Positions 1 through 16,381 of a stretch of DNA of 64,000 bases are shown piece after piece (position 1 is the stretch's first letter; each line of letters begins with the position of its first letter). The DNA lies in NCBI GenBank assembly GCA_012295275.1, contig CM022667.1, positions 13,454,001 through 13,518,000 on the forward strand, written 5' to 3'. The DNA is from Chrysomallon squamiferum. Its lineage: Eukaryota; Animalia; Mollusca. The position numbers and the translations under genes were made by a program. The notes below the pieces were generated by a model. It was not told the DNA's origin and did not search any database. It was given only the letters and a program-made list of their open reading frames with translations.

Positions 1-529
1 TTGTCGTCGTTGCTGTTGTAATTGTAATAGAAGTAACAATTCATTAAAAGACATGCTTCACTTTCTTATCAGGGAAATCTATGCGATAACTTTTTATTTT
101 ATTGCCCTTGTTTTGTGTTGGGCTGTTGTTTTGTTGCCTCTTTCTTTCATTTTGTTCTTTTTTTTTTCCATGGATATTTGTCTCTTCTTTTGTTTCATTA
201 TGTCTCGATTTAATGCCTTTTGCTAAGGTCATCATAGTTACTTTTTATTGTTCCATATGTAAATATATAAACTATCGTTTGTTAATTGTAATTTTGTTTA
301 TATCTATTTGTCATGTACATTAGAGCTTAATTAGATTTATTTTAATTCTGAGTAACCTTCCTTGGCTAAATGTTTGATTTAATTATAAAACGATGGAAAC
401 AAGTGCTGATTATTTCCTACTTACGATCGGGTTACGTTTAAACTGACAATGTTACAAATAATTTACTTACGTTTCTTGCGTGGATTATTTTGAATTGTTT
501 TTAGTAGAGCAGAAATACTGAACATATTG

Positions 530-2154
<1,625 letters not shown>

Positions 2155-3389
2155 CTCTCGCGAATATGAAAGAATTTCAACCAAACTGTCCGGTGTAATA
2201 ATTTGTACTACGCAGTGAGTATCTGTATTTGGTTCGCACTGAATATTGATTATTGATTATCTTTCCAGGAGAAGAAAATTCGAATAGAGAAGTCCACGAT
2301 TTGAGACAATGTGTCTGGTGTTATTAATGAGAATATTACCAAATCCCTGATGACAAACAACATTAATTTTTGAACTCTTGCATTATATGCAATTTTACTT
2401 TTTTGTATTACTGACAAAATAATCAATGAAAAATTTCATAATGCAAACAAAGGTCGCTGTATTTTATATAAATGGGTCTTTATATTAACAGAGACGATTA
2501 AATAAACTGTAAAAACATAATTAGGAACAAGTTGTAATCTTTCTTGGTTTACAAGTGTCGACATTTCAGTAGAGCTGTGTGATATAATAAGAATGCTGGT
2601 TGGTTTTGAAAGGATTGATTCATATTTTCTAACATAACAAAATCCCTTACGACACTGACTAGTAGAAAAAGCGTCAGCTAATATGCCGAGAACACGTGTT
2701 TGTTTCAAGTGAAATCCGCATAAATTCACAATAATTTGCAAAAATATCACACGTTTTTTTATGTTATCCAAGTGTTTATTGTTCGAAAAAAGTCCACGAG
2801 ATTTAAGATATCAATAGGTTTATCCTTCATAAGCATTTTAAATCCATGAAGGTTCCATATAGAACTCATATTTCTTTACATGGTACTTTGGCTCCAGATA
2901 ATACCTGGCAATGCAGGGCCAAATGATTTTTGTGTGAGATGGTTGATGTGTTTTCATCCATTGAAACAGGATCTGTGTAGTATCATGTTCTAAACCTGTT
3001 TATATACACGTTTAATATCTGTAGAATCTTTGAGGTATAATAAAGAAGGTAGGTACGTTTGAGCTAATTAATCCTAAAAATAAATTAATGAGTCAAATTT
3101 ATGAATGTTCGCAACATGTTAATAAATAATGCATTTAATATAATACTTATATATTCGTTTAAAACTATATGAGTAACTCAGTGTTTATGTTGCCAAACGA
3201 CTGAAACGAATGACAGTTTCTCCGTAGATTAAGAAGTAAAAATTACAATGAAATTTATTCAGACACAAATTTGTCAATTATTTCATATCAGTGATATCAA
3301 GATATCTTGATCTTATTTTAATCTGTTTTTGCTAGTTTAATAATATAGAATAATAGATAGTAAAACACTGGTTTCGAACTAGATACAAA

Positions 3390-3902
3390 ATCACATTGAT
3401 TTCTGAGAATATACAACTTTATGCCGTATAGTCACACGTTCCAATAGTCATGTATCAAACAAGTCATACAGACAGAAAGGCAGTGAAATGGAATACTTGA
3501 CTATGCACAGTTTTGCTTAATAGATGATCCAGAAGAAAGCACTTTGTTGTAATGTCTTTTCAAGTTGATATCAACAGAATAAAGATGACGTGGACTTTTT
3601 TTTTTTTTTTTTATATTTGTTGATTATCAGATAGTGTGGAATGTTCATAAATAAAGTCATCAAAAATTGAAATCTTTGGGAGATTACAAAAGGTATGCAG
3701 AAAGTCTTCATGTCCTTGGGCTTAATACGATATTTGTTGTTTTTAAAGTTAAATTTCTATCTAAAGATTTTGTATTTTAAATATTTGTAATGTTTGATAC
3801 TAATTAGCAGCCTAAGTTTCGTAGAATTTTATTTGTTTTATTAAAGTGAACTGGCAGTTTAAAATAATTAAATTAACAGCTAAAAATGAGAAGCTTTCTC
3901 AT

Positions 3903-3970
<68 letters not shown>

Positions 3971-4190
3971 CCTGTTGTTGTCATTACCATTATTGTCATC
4001 ATCATCATCATCATAATCAATGGTATTTCTCAAAATCAGGTTGTTCACTTTCACTGTAATATTTCTGTTTTTGCTGAGTATATTGATTCTGTTTTTGTTC
4101 ATTTGTTTCTATGTTGTTGTTTTCTTCAGAAAGATCTGGGACTAAAAGTCGCGTTTTGTTAAAATTAGGATATCAACCTCTATTTTGATT
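3390..4190. repeat. Left arm of an ~800-bp inverted duplication (partner ~7145-8030), containing a B-type exon-1 relic and (GA)n
   Basis: 3420-3510 is the near reverse complement of 7920-8010, and 4100-4190 of 7145-7230. ATGAGAAGCTTTCTCATCAAAG at ~3887 runs directly into (GA)n 3906-3967. Confidence 0.8.
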
Positions 4191-5555
4191 GTAAAAACAC
4201 ACGTGGATTTTTCCCCAAAAACGTTTTTACAAGTTTATGAGTTTCAATTTTAAAAGTGAATGGAATTTGTGTGATACAAAATGAGCTGTGAATTTTCTTT
4301 TCTTATCCCTTCTTCTTTTTTTATATTTTTTTAATTTTAATATAGTTCATATTCATGAAACAGCCGAACGAAATTATCGGATTGAACTATTAGGAATGAA
4401 TTATATTTGAATTACATTTAGGATTTTAACACTTAAAAATTTTTCATTTAAAAATAGATAACTACAATCCAAAATTAATTGACACTGTAGATTTTAGAGT
4501 GTATGTTTAGACCTAAAATAATAATCATAGTTATAGAAACGCTGAATAACATACTTCAGTGATAAATTATCTATTTATCTCACTGATAAGCTGTATTACC
4601 TATATAAAATATGATTATATTTCATGGCTCTGGATTACAGATCATTCTTCAGTGGTACAACATATAGAATCAGATATTTGGTTTTTCATTTTTCTTTAAT
4701 GAATTATTAGTATTAACAAATAATTAACGTTTTCGTTCTTAATTAACTTACTTTTATATTATAGTTTTGTATAAAAAAGAACAAATGAATAGATATTTAG
4801 ATCAGCCCCATATCAAAAACAAATTGGTTTCACGTAAGATAAGAGTCCGGGCTTCTTAAAGTGAGTTCTGCACAAGCTGTCACTGATTATGCGCCCCGTT
4901 TCAGATAAATAAACTATTCATATTCAGAGTTTACAGATTTAAAATTCCAAATTCCATTTCCACTGTATTTTGTCACTTTTTTCTCAGAATACAACCATCA
5001 AATTTGATAAAATAAACAAAAAATAAAAAAAATAAACATAAAAACTAGGTTTTTAAAAGTTTATTTTCTTTCTGTTTCCATTTACCTTTTCAGACTTATC
5101 CTTTATCAACAAAAAAAAAATAAAATAAAATAAAATAAAAAATAAAAACACTAAACAACAACAAAAAATAAAATAGAACAGCTGTTAAAATGTGTAAAGA
5201 AATTAACAATATTGTAGATTACAAATTATGTATACTAATTGACCCAACGGGACTGTGAGAGATGTATGCACATACAGCAAATGCATTCCATCCAACTGTT
5301 TTTATGTCAATGTACTAGACACATCCAGCAGCGTCGTAATATATTCTCTTTCATAGGATCTTTCTGTGACGATCTAATATTTATTTTTTTCGATTTGATA
5401 CCTAATCTGTAGAGTATTTCGATGTGTGAAATACTGATACAACAATATTCATTAACCCTACTAAATTATTAAAAATAATTCATTTCAGTTAATAACGAAC
5501 ATCAGCATTCTGATATCATAATATACTCTTTAAAAATCGACATGTTTAGGAATTA

Positions 5556-6508
5556 TACTTAACTAAAAAAGTTTGTATCAAATGTTTGTAGCTTCGAAAT
5601 AATTTAAAATAAAGTGATCAATCTTTGTAATACGTTAGCTGAATATCCCCAGTCGCTTTGGGTAAGTGAAAGAGGACAGTTTGTTATATCGCACGCCGCT
5701 ATGTATACTGCACGTGCACAAGGATGTATTGAAATGGTATTTTGATGCGCTGACACACCATGATCCAGAAACAAAAGGAAGATTTTATCCTGTTTATAAT
5801 GGGTCGCCGTCCAGGCTTAACGGAAAATCAACGTCTTGAAGTAAGGGGACGGTTTCACGCCGGTCATTGCGTTCACGACGTCGCTCAGTACCTTCCTGTT
5901 GATGACAGTACCATATAACGACTCCAACAACGCGTACACCAAAGTGGGCACGTTCGAGATCGACCCCGTTCTGGTAGACCACGATTTTCTACTCCAAGAG
6001 AACATAGATACTTAGTGACGTCATCTCGACGTCACAGGTTCGAAAGTGTTCCACTTTAGCACGTACGTTACAGCGAACTACAGGCACTAGAATTCATGCT
6101 CAAACTTTCCATGCTTCTGGTTTACAAGCACGTCGCCCTGTCGTAGCTGTTCCCCTGACAGCGCGTCACGTTCAGGAACGTCTGAGATAGAGACAGACAA
6201 TGGGATCAGTCATTCCATTCAGCATCCTGGCAGTCTGTTTCAACATGACAACGCTAGACGACGACTAACCTTGAGCGGAACAACATTGAACTGGCCACCA
6301 AAGTCACCATTTTATAAGATGTACCCCTCCGTTTCATCAGCTCACATTAAAGCAAAGACGCTGACACCGTGACGACGTGTTACTACTGCTGGCCACATTC
6401 AGAAATGCTGTATCAATGAAATAACGGGTACAAATAAAATCAATATCCAATCAGGTTGTCTGTATTTCATATCTTGTACATAATTGCTAAACTTTTTTCG
6501 CACAGTTT
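5556..6508 (+). mobile_element. Internally deleted Tc1-like DNA transposon (copy 1)
   Basis: ATG at 5799 (MGRRPGLTENQRLEVRG); RSGRP HTH region; FQHDNA and WPPKSP motifs near 6240-6310; frameshifts; degenerate TIRs (AAAAAAGTTT.. / ..AAACTTTTTTCG) bounded by TA. Confidence 0.85.
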
Positions 6509-6567
6509 ATATAGATATGACCTCAGATCCAATATGCTAAGCGTTTTGAATAAAATACTTAAAGTTG

Positions 6568-6602
<35 letters not shown>

Positions 6603-7144
6603 AATAATCATAAATTTAATATATAAATAACTAAATAACAAATCGTTTGTTATTTTTACAAAGAAAGGTGAATTTTCTTTGTAGAAGTGATCCGATAAAA
6701 ACCACTTAAATCGAACAGAAGCCTTGTTATAGCAGAGTAACATATGCATGTGCTTTGCATTTAGATATTTTATTTTGTTTTGTTTTAATTATTTTGTTTT
6801 CACTTCTTTAACTTTGTTATTATTTTTAGTGTTGTCGTTGTTGCTGCATTTCAATGTTCATTTATTTTACACAATTTCCATACAGTTATAAATTTGAAAT
6901 TCATAATAAAAAAAAATTAAAAAAAAAAAATTCAGTTTTAAATTACTACCATTCACCTAAATGAAAATATACCACACTCACTGATTTATTTCATTACATA
7001 ATTACCTCGACATCGTCATAATTTAGATTTCTAAACCAAATAGGTGAACAGATCGACCTACAATAATAAAATGTCTGTGTGTGGGTGTGTGTTCCAAACA
7101 ATTTCCTACTTACCTCTTAATATAAATATGTATGTAGTTTTAGG

Positions 7145-7369
7145 ATCAAAATAGAGGTTCATATCCTAATTTTAACAACACTTTTACTCCTAGATTTGTC
7201 TGAAGAAAAATACAACATTGAAACAAAAGAACAAAAACACGATCAATATACTGAGAAAAAAACTAATAACAAGAACTTCACATGCAAAGAAATATTACAA
7301 ATATAATAACTAGATTTTGAAGATAATCATTGATGATGAAGATGATGAAAATAATAATGCATGCAGCAA

Positions 7370-7458
<89 letters not shown>

Positions 7459-8030
7459 AATTCATGAATACCTTTCTGCAGTTTTACAATAGAATAGGAC
7501 ATCAAAAACCCAGATTCATTTGATCAGCAAAGCTTCTCATTTTCAGCTGTTAACTTAATTATTTACAACTGCCAGTTCACTTTAATAAAACAAATTAAAT
7601 TCTATGAAACTTAGGCTTCTAATTAGTATCAAACATTAGAAATATTCAAAATACAAAAACTTTAGACAGAAATTTAACTTTAAAAACAAAACATATCGTA
7701 TTAAGCCGAAGGACATGAGCACGTTCTCTATAACTTCTGTAATCTCCCAAAGAAATACATTTTTGATGACTACATTTATTAACATTCAACACTATCTGAT
7801 AATCAACAAATATAAAAACAAAACAAAAAGTGGACGTCAGCTTTATTCTGTTGATATCAGCTTGCAAAGACATTACAACAAAGTGATTTCTTCTGGATCA
7901 TCTATTAAGCAAAAGTGTGCATTGTCAAGTATTCCATTTCACTGCCTTTCAGTTTGTATGACTTGTTTGATACATGACTAATGGCACATGTGGACTATAA
8001 GGCATAAAGCCGAATATTGTCAGAAATCAA
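7145..8030. repeat. Right arm of the inverted duplication, with a decayed B-type signal-peptide exon (~7472-7540, minus) and (TC)n 7373-7454
   Basis: Minus strand reads ATGAGAAGCTTTGCTGATCAAATGAATCTGGG...ACTGCAGAAAG|gtattc, a frameshifted homolog of B1/B2 exon 1. No downstream exons follow. Confidence 0.75.
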
Positions 8031-8041
8031 TTATTATTATG

Positions 8042-8094
<53 letters not shown>

Positions 8095-9508
8095 CTGGTA
8101 TATTACTATTTAGAATTTATTATTATACATACATATAAACATACGTATATATACATCATTTAATTAAAGAGAAAAACAACAAACCAACCTAAAAACTCTC
8201 TGTATTTATGAATTCGAGCCAAAATAAAAATACAAAAGGTTCTAAAAAATACATCGACTTGTAAACCAGTATAGGTACCTTTAAAATTCAGGCCAATCGA
8301 CATAACATTAGAGAGATTGTTTTTCTTTTCTTTTTTTAAATTAATGTTGTGAATGTCAGATTAGATGTTGATTATTTTATTCGCAAATGAATAGAGAAAG
8401 ATATTGATTTAAGGAACCATTGTTTCTAATATATAGTACACTGATTTGCGTAAATCATTTATTTCTCTCTCAATTTTTTTTATGTGATTATTATTATTAT
8501 TATTTTGTTAATAAAATTCATCTTACGATTGGCAGTATCAAAATGAAAAAAGATAAAACATCTTTTGGTTCTTCTTCTTCATAGTTATTACAATATTGAT
8601 TGTGTCAAGCTGACAAAACATTTAATGAATTTCATTTTCCCAGAGGAACAATCCTGGTCGTCTGTGAATATTTAATAATATTTTGTCACTTGAAACGATT
8701 ATTATCAAGAAAATAATTATTTCAACATGTCACACATCAGTTATATTTCTGGATCTGTTGATTCTTTTTCTTTCGAATTTTCAGTTTACTGCTTAATCTT
8801 TGCTTTAGGATTAACATTCGTAATAGTAGAGTGAGTAATAGAAGTACAAACAATAAGTAATTATTTAATTATGTGTGAAGGAAACAAAGGTTTTGGTTGA
8901 ATTGTCAGTATCAAGTGTAACAGAAGCAGTATAATTGTAATCGGTTCACTTGGTGTTATTTTCTTTGTATTACCTCCCTTGTGCTCGCTATACATTTATT
9001 CTTCTTATAAATATTTAATTTTTGATTTGAATATAGATAGATACGCTTCGTGTGAGTGGACTGAAAAGTATTTAACTTGTTTATAGCTTGAATTCTTTCA
9101 ACAACATCGGTAGACAGACACACAGAAACACAGACGTGCTGTTATTAGCTGTTTTTCATTTCTTCAGTATATTCACTTAGATGTATTTTAAACTGATACT
9201 ATTTCTCTCTTTTTTTTTTATCCTTTTCATTTTTTTTTTTTTTTTTTTTTTTCTGAAGTCACAGTGATCAGAACTGGTAATCATTACTACGTTGATAATT
9301 TTATATATTCTAATTTTAACGAGATATTGTGTTTTATTTGTTCCTTTCGAGATTTTATTTTTATTATAAAAAGAACATCCCACCTTTTGACCTAATTTGT
9401 TTTATCTTTTACTAGCAACTGCTGCAGTAGTAGTAGTACTAGTAGTAGTAGTGTCTTCTTGTCATTATTATTCTTATTCTTATTCTTATTATTATGATTA
9501 TTATCATG

Positions 9509-9541
<33 letters not shown>

Positions 9542-9553
9542 TTTATTATGATG

Positions 9554-9609
<56 letters not shown>

Positions 9610-9927
9610 TGGACATGGCTTCAAAACCCATATTACAATAACAGGGCTACTGATGATGTCAAGAAATATAACATGTACAATGTAGTGAGCTGTTAAACAA
9701 ATAGAACACGTGTAACATACTGAGGTGTTGAAGAAATGGAATATTAATAATGTTTAATATATTAACTGGACGAACAGATACATTATATTGATAGTTTAAA
9801 TGGTGTATTATGACAGGACAGAAATACAATTAAGAATAACTAAACACTTTATTGACACGTTTCTGTCAAGTATATGTGGGAGAATGGTGGACAATATACA
9901 AGAGGAAAATTTGACTATACGAAACAG

Positions 9928-10325
9928 TTTCTGAAGCACGTGACACCTGCAGTCAGATAGGTTGAAGACTGCTTGTACTGGACATAGAAGAGAAAAAACA
10001 GCTGTTGGTGACTACATCAAAACAAACATAGGTAGGAACTTATACATTTATAAACAACTGCTACTACTCCAATCACTACTACTTGTAAACTACTGCTACT
10101 ACTACTGCTACAACTGTTATTTGTCATACATTTTATGGGTTTTATACAAATCTAACAGAAGAAAAGGTGGAAAACAATTTTGTTTGGGAGAATGGACAAA
10201 ACGTACATTTTGAAAAATGGGACAACAATGAATCCGATAACTACCTGGACGATTGCGCGATATTAATTCCAACAAGCAAAATGTGGTGTGACATTAACTG
10301 TATACATTCAGTAAATATATATTTG
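9928..10325 (+). pseudogene. D1: C-type lectin relic (partial exon 3 + exon 4)
   Basis: SEARDTCSQIG* (TGA) with a frameshift and donor at ~10032. Exon-4 relic FVWENGQNVHFEKWDNNESDNYLDDCAILIPTSKMWCDINC. No exons 1-2 are recognisable. Confidence 0.85.
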
Positions 10326-10890
10326 TTGAATAAACAACAAAAAATTAAATTTATTTATATATTTGTTTGTTTTATCTATACGTCAGTGCGATTAAAAAAA
10401 AAAAAAAAAAAAAAAAAAATTTAATTATCATTATCACCAACCTGTCATTCATTCATTTCTTGATTCGTTCATTTGAAAAACAAAATTATTTACGGACACT
10501 TATAGCCGCAATGTTTTGAATAATTAAAATGACAGCAAGAACAACAGCAGTAAGAGAAAAGGAATAAAGAAATCAGGTGTAGTACAGATATTAAATGATG
10601 ATTATTTCGTAGAAGAATTAAACGACATTGAAGGGATTAAAACAAATATATGATCGATGAAAAAATAAAAAATGAAGAAAATAAAATAAAAACTGTATTA
10701 AATTCACAGATAGAGATAGAAACAGAAAGTGAACAATAAAAATACAAATAAAGAAGAATTGTTTTTCAGTTTATTTATTTAACTGACCTGCATTACAATT
10801 CTCATATAAGTCGAAGAAAATCTGCTTGAAGATATGATTTTTTTTAATTATTATTTTGTGGTTGTTGCTCGTCAGGTTCTTACGACTAAT

Positions 10891-11923
10891 TTAGAGGTTT
10901 TCACATATGTATTTTAAAGGTATTTGACAACGAACATCTGCCCATTTGCCTACTTGTAATAAAAACACAGTGCAGTCTTCAAAATCGAGATTATTAGGTT
11001 CATTTTCATTCCAGTTCGTATAAATGGCTTTTTCACCATTCTCCCACACATACGTTTTCTCCTCAATTTCATCAGTTAATCCGATGTAAAATCTGTTGAG
11101 ATTTGACTCTGTAAAACAAATGAATGTAAATGTAGTAATAGTGATAGCAGTAGTAGCGGTGGTATAGAAGTAACAATAGCGATGAAGCAGCAATAGCAGA
11201 GACAGATGCAGGAAAACAAGTAGAAGTGGAAGCAGTGTTAACAGTAACAGTAGTAGTAGTAGCAGTGGCAGTTATTGTTGTCGTAGTAGTTGTAGTAGTA
11301 ATAGTAATACTACTGATCAAATGAAACAAACACATAAATAAATAAATAAACAAATAAATAAATAAATAAATAAAAAGAGAAATAAGAAAACAGTAGACAC
11401 ACCTATGTTTGAAAGGTAGCGCGACAGAATTCTGTTTTTTTCTTCCGTGTCTAACACGATCAATCTTGATCTCAGCTGGCCGCAAGCAACACGTGCCTCA
11501 GCAAATGTTTTACGATCTTCAGACAACTTGAAGCACAGTGTGTCCAAAAACACGAAACCCTCATCAGTCGGACAGAAATCTATGAAACAAAAACAACTAT
11601 ATAACATTCACTACTTTAATAATTTTATATACATAATTATGCACACATAATTACCGCCGTTATCCCCACAAAATTTAAAAAAAAAAGAAAAAAAGATCAG
11701 GTTACAATATGATGTCAAAATCATACTGTTACGATAGAAACATAAAATTCATTTCACTACCATACAAACATAAAATTTTAGCTGTTGCCATAGAAAGATG
11801 AACTTGAACATATTTTTATTCAAAGATCAATTTCAAACAGCTATTATATACAGAAAACGATTCAAATGAGACTGTTGCCAAGCAAAATACAAAATTCAGA
11901 TTGTTACGACTAAAAAGTCTTAC

Positions 11924-11954
<31 letters not shown>

Positions 11955-12512
11955 CAAAGGTTAAATTTAGCCTGCTACCTGAAGGAATGTAATAGTGCTT
12001 CCAGTTTGCCGTGTCAGACGTACTGACGTAAGTACCAAACCTCACAGAATAATGGCGACATTTTCCGTTGTCGTAGGTAAACGAAAAACATGCTGGATTC
12101 TTGGTGCAGGCAGAGCCACAGTCTATCATGGTCTTCACGTCAGTGGCTTCGTATATTTCAGCGTTAAGTGCACTGACGTAATCATATTTTTCTTTCTCAA
12201 TCCAAACCCATCTGGTGCCAATGCAGCTTCAATGACAGTAAAATAAAACTATTTTCGTTACTTGTATTAAATAGTGACATTTAGTAAGATGTAATTCAGT
12301 TGATGACGTTAATCTGTTTATCATTCTATCAGTTCATCCACTCATTTACCATATATGTCTATTTGTCTATCTAACTTACGCACACATCCACACTGTTATT
12401 CTGTTTCAGTATAAAATAAAAAGAGTACGTATATTTATACATGCCTGTCTGCCATTTTAGAACACACGAAAACAGCTGACAACAACAGAAACTGGTGGAA
12501 AGTGTTTTGCAT
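10891..12512 (-). CDS. C1: secreted PAN/Apple + C-type lectin (EPN/WAD)
   Basis: Exons 12445-12512 (MQNTFHQFLLLSAVFVCSKMAD), 11979-12226, 11403-11579, 10891-11108, all in frame. Intron 1 donor is GC (CAG|gcatgt); the others are GT-AG. Six CTLD Cys, YIGL motif. Confidence 0.85.
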
Positions 12513-13398
12513 TTTGTATAAATAAATTTTAGTGAGTAAAACGACGAAGTAAACAGGTCGTAATAAATATCAATGTTTGAGGTTATCTTAAGTCAAACGA
12601 CAACAGCAACAATAACAAGAAAGCACACAAAACTAAATTAAATTGACATAAATAAAGCAGAACCGACAAACACGAAAAAGGAAATAAGAAAAGAAAAAAA
12701 AAAACAAAAAACAGACAGACAGAGAGAAAAGTAAAACAGAAGAATAATAATTAAAAATAAAACGCCTCAAAAACAAATAAAGCGTGAAATAAAATAAAAT
12801 AATAGAATCACATTTGACGCAACTGACTGCTGTGAGGCCAAATATCGGTTTACATTGATTCATTAATTTTGTATACATTTTCACATCTATCTGAATGATT
12901 AAATGTTGAATTCCATCTATGACCTTTAAGCACGAATGACTTGTTCTGTTGTTTGATAAAATATGTATAGTTATTACAGTACCATATAAAGATGTTTTGA
13001 GTCAGTATAGCATTAATACAAAATACTAGTCATGATCATTTGTATTGTCACAATGAAGCTGTTCCCATTGGAGTTGTTGCTAGTGTTGTCCCTGATGTTG
13101 ATGTTGTTTTGGTCGATGTCATTTGCTATCGTTAGTTATGAATATTAGTTAGAATCAAATGGATATGAATGTAGTCTTCAAAAATTAAATTAAATTTATT
13201 GGAGTGTGAAGGAAATCCCATTCTTTCAGTTTAATACAACGTTCTTGCTGAATTTAGTTTCTGAAAGTTTTTGTTTTTCTAGCTTTGGATATTAGGAACT
13301 CGTATTTGGTACTCCATATCAGCCTAAGTTTGACGGATTTTCATTTGTTTATATTAAGGTGAACGTACAGTTGTAAAATAGAAAAGTTAGCAGCTAAA

Positions 13399-13758
13399 AT
13401 GAAAACCTTTCTTATCAAAGGAATCTGGGTATTGTCTGTCCTCTTCTGTTGTGAAACCGCAGAAAGGTATGTATAAACGTCCTGAGAGAGATTTTCTTGG
13501 AATTTTTCCATGTTTTATTCTTTTGACGCTACAGTAAATATAAAAATTGGGTAATCTATCAGAGCTATCTCTGGTTTAAAAAGTCACATAAAACTGTATA
13601 AAAACAGTTGTCAAAATGGACTTGTCCTGTAAAATATGACAGGCCGTCTCACGTTTGTCTGATCTACCAATTTTGTATTATTAAGCTCACTGTTGCAGTT
13701 TATATTGGCGTGAAATTTCTTCTTCTTTTTTTCAAATTTCTTTCTGTTGTTTTCATTT

Positions 13759-13839
<81 letters not shown>

Positions 13840-14311
13840 GAGTGGGTGAATGGATGTATGTACGTACTTATGTATGTATGTATGTATGTATGTATTTATG
13901 TATGTATATTTTACTAGATGTTTTACTATTGTAGGTGCAGCCCTTCATCTGTTTGGATTAGAAATGTAAATTTTAACGATGTTGATGTAAACGATGGGCT
14001 CATAACTACTCTAGCTGGATTTACAAGCGCAGGGTTTTGTGGGATACGATGTGCAGATAACTCTGTCTGTAAATCGTTTTCATACAATGTGAGTGGTGTT
14101 TGTCGACTCCACTCAGTGAGATTTTCAAACTACAACAGTTACTCTAAATCACCTGGCTGGAACTACTTCTACCTCAGTGCAGGTAACGTAGGTTTTATTA
14201 ATTAATTAATTCTTTCTTTGTTTCTTTCTTTCTGTCTGTCTATCTTTAAGAATTTATAAACTTATTAGTTGGCTACATCTTCATCAAATGAAATTTTCTA
14301 TCATAATAATA

Positions 14312-14342
<31 letters not shown>

Positions 14343-14994
14343 TGATAATAATAATAAATCAGTTAGTTGTTTAGAAGCATGTGTAATGAAGAAATCATTT
14401 TCAAATTTTCTATAAGACATTTTGAAAGAAAGAAATTAACTGTTTTATTCTCACAGGTTCATGTCCAGTAGAAGACGGGTTTGTGTACTTGGACGAAGTG
14501 TATCTGTGTATGAAGGCTTTTGTGGATAAGAAAACATTTTCTCAAGCACGTGACGCCTGCAGTCAGATAGGTTCAAGACTGATTGTACTGGACTCAGAAC
14601 AGAAAAATACGGCTGTTGGTGACTACATCGTTGCACACATAGGTAAATTGGTTTCCTTCATCATTATCATCACTATTATTATTATCGTCGTCAATATCGG
14701 TTGCATTGTTTTCATCACTATCATAATCGTCATTATTATTATTATTTTTATTATTATTATTATTATTATTTTTTAGCCACAGACAACTTTTACATCGGTC
14801 TAACAGACGAGAAGGTTGAAAACACGTTTGTCTGGGAGAATGGTGAAGCGGTAAAGTTCACGAGCTGGAACGAAAATGAACCAAGTGATGGTGCCAGAAC
14901 TGAAGACTGCGTCATGTTAGTACCAACAGATAAAGTGTGGGGCGATGTGCAATGTTCTCGATATGAAAAATACATTTGTGAAAAACTTGTGTAA
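13399..14994 (+). CDS. B1: secreted PAN/Apple + C-type lectin (EPS/WGD)
   Basis: Exons 13399-13466 (MKTFLIKGIWVLSVLFCCETAER), 13935-14182, 14457-14642, 14777-14994; GT-AG introns, open frame. Confidence 0.92.
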
Positions 14995-16317
14995 CAGTCA
15001 CCAGAACAGATACAAATTTAAGGAATTTCAAAAAGATGTCGATGAAAAAAAACAATGAAAAAAAACATGCGCAAACACAACAAACATATAAAGAACAATA
15101 GGAAAGAAATAAACACACACAACATGTAAACGTGCTCATTCATTTCTTGTCTCAGTTTAACACGTAATGTTGTTATCGATCTCAACGTAAAGAAGTTTCG
15201 TTATTTTTGTTTCTATCGTGTAACAGACAGAATATTTCAGAGAAATGCACCAACTAGAGTATAGTGATCACAGAGTAAAGCTGTAACAACACCCGGAGTT
15301 ATAGTTTAGTATATTAAGAAACAGTAAAATCTATACCATTATATTACTTACAGTTTGAGATAGCTTCTCCAAATGTAGTAAAACATTCATATATTCATTT
15401 ACTGCCTGTACACTGTGTTCCATCTTCTTGAGACTGGCAGTTTACCCACGTTGCTTATAATGTTCTTACAAAGTTTGAAAGGAACTTTCTCAATTACCCA
15501 TTTAGTCTAATAGCCTATTGTGATGTTCCCACTGGGACTAATAATATTTTACTCCCTGCTAAATTGTTTTTTAGAGCAATTGGGAAGACATATATATATA
15601 TCTATTAATAATATTTTAATCCGTGCTGAATTTTTGTAAAGACATATCTATATATACATATATACATATAGACTGTTAATATGAAATCTTTTTGAATGAT
15701 GGAACAGAGTCCTGTGTTAAAACCTGGCTACGCTGTGCACAAAATGATTGCGTCGGATGTTTTCACGTATTTTTGCGAATTCTCGTCAGACTCAAGCACT
15801 AATCAGTTCTGTGATGTTTTCTGCTTGTAAGTGACTAAACTAACAGCAAGTGTCACACACAGAAATGTGTAGCAAAAAGTCGTTTCTAGTAGTAATCTAC
15901 AGTTTTAACTAATCAAAATCAATTGCCCATGACATTTCTATATAGCCATTTTTTTCTATAAATTTGTGTTTTTATTAATTCGGAGTTATTTTCTTAGGAG
16001 CAGGTGACATTATCTTTTTTGTTGTTATTGTTTTTATTATTAATAATAATTATTATCATTATCATAATCATTGTTATTATTATTGAGTATACTACCATTT
16101 AGTATTGTTGTTGCTGATGTTATTTTAAAAAAAATTTTGCTATTTGTATTTAACTAATTAGGCAATTTTTAGTTCTGTGAAATGTTGTAAGATTCTTTTA
16201 TTGTAAACTAACACTTCTTACTTAAAAAAATCCCAAACAAAGCAAACAAGATACGGTAGATGCTTATTATTATTATAATTATTATTATTATTATTATAAT
16301 TATTATTATTATTATTA

Positions 16318-16381
<64 letters not shown>

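Larger units (their letters stand above)
8090..12600 (+). repeat. Direct segmental duplication; partner ~58855-63890 (carries the D relic and a C gene)
   Basis: Colinear, highly similar blocks, e.g. 8160-8490 vs 58950-59290, 9640-10030 vs 60465-60870, 12240-12595 vs 63530-63885. Confidence 0.9.

Noticed and set aside
9095-9172. Possible decayed signal-peptide exon (minus strand, ATGAAAAACAGC...GAAAG)
   Set aside because: Two stops, no GT donor and only weak similarity.
9392-9696. Poly-N/Y/I and ER/SL-repeat ORFs throughout the ORF track
   Set aside because: Translations of (TAA)n and (GA)n microsatellites.
15230-15830. Unique segment with a faint LINE-like translation
   Set aside because: No clear RT or endonuclease motif is readable.
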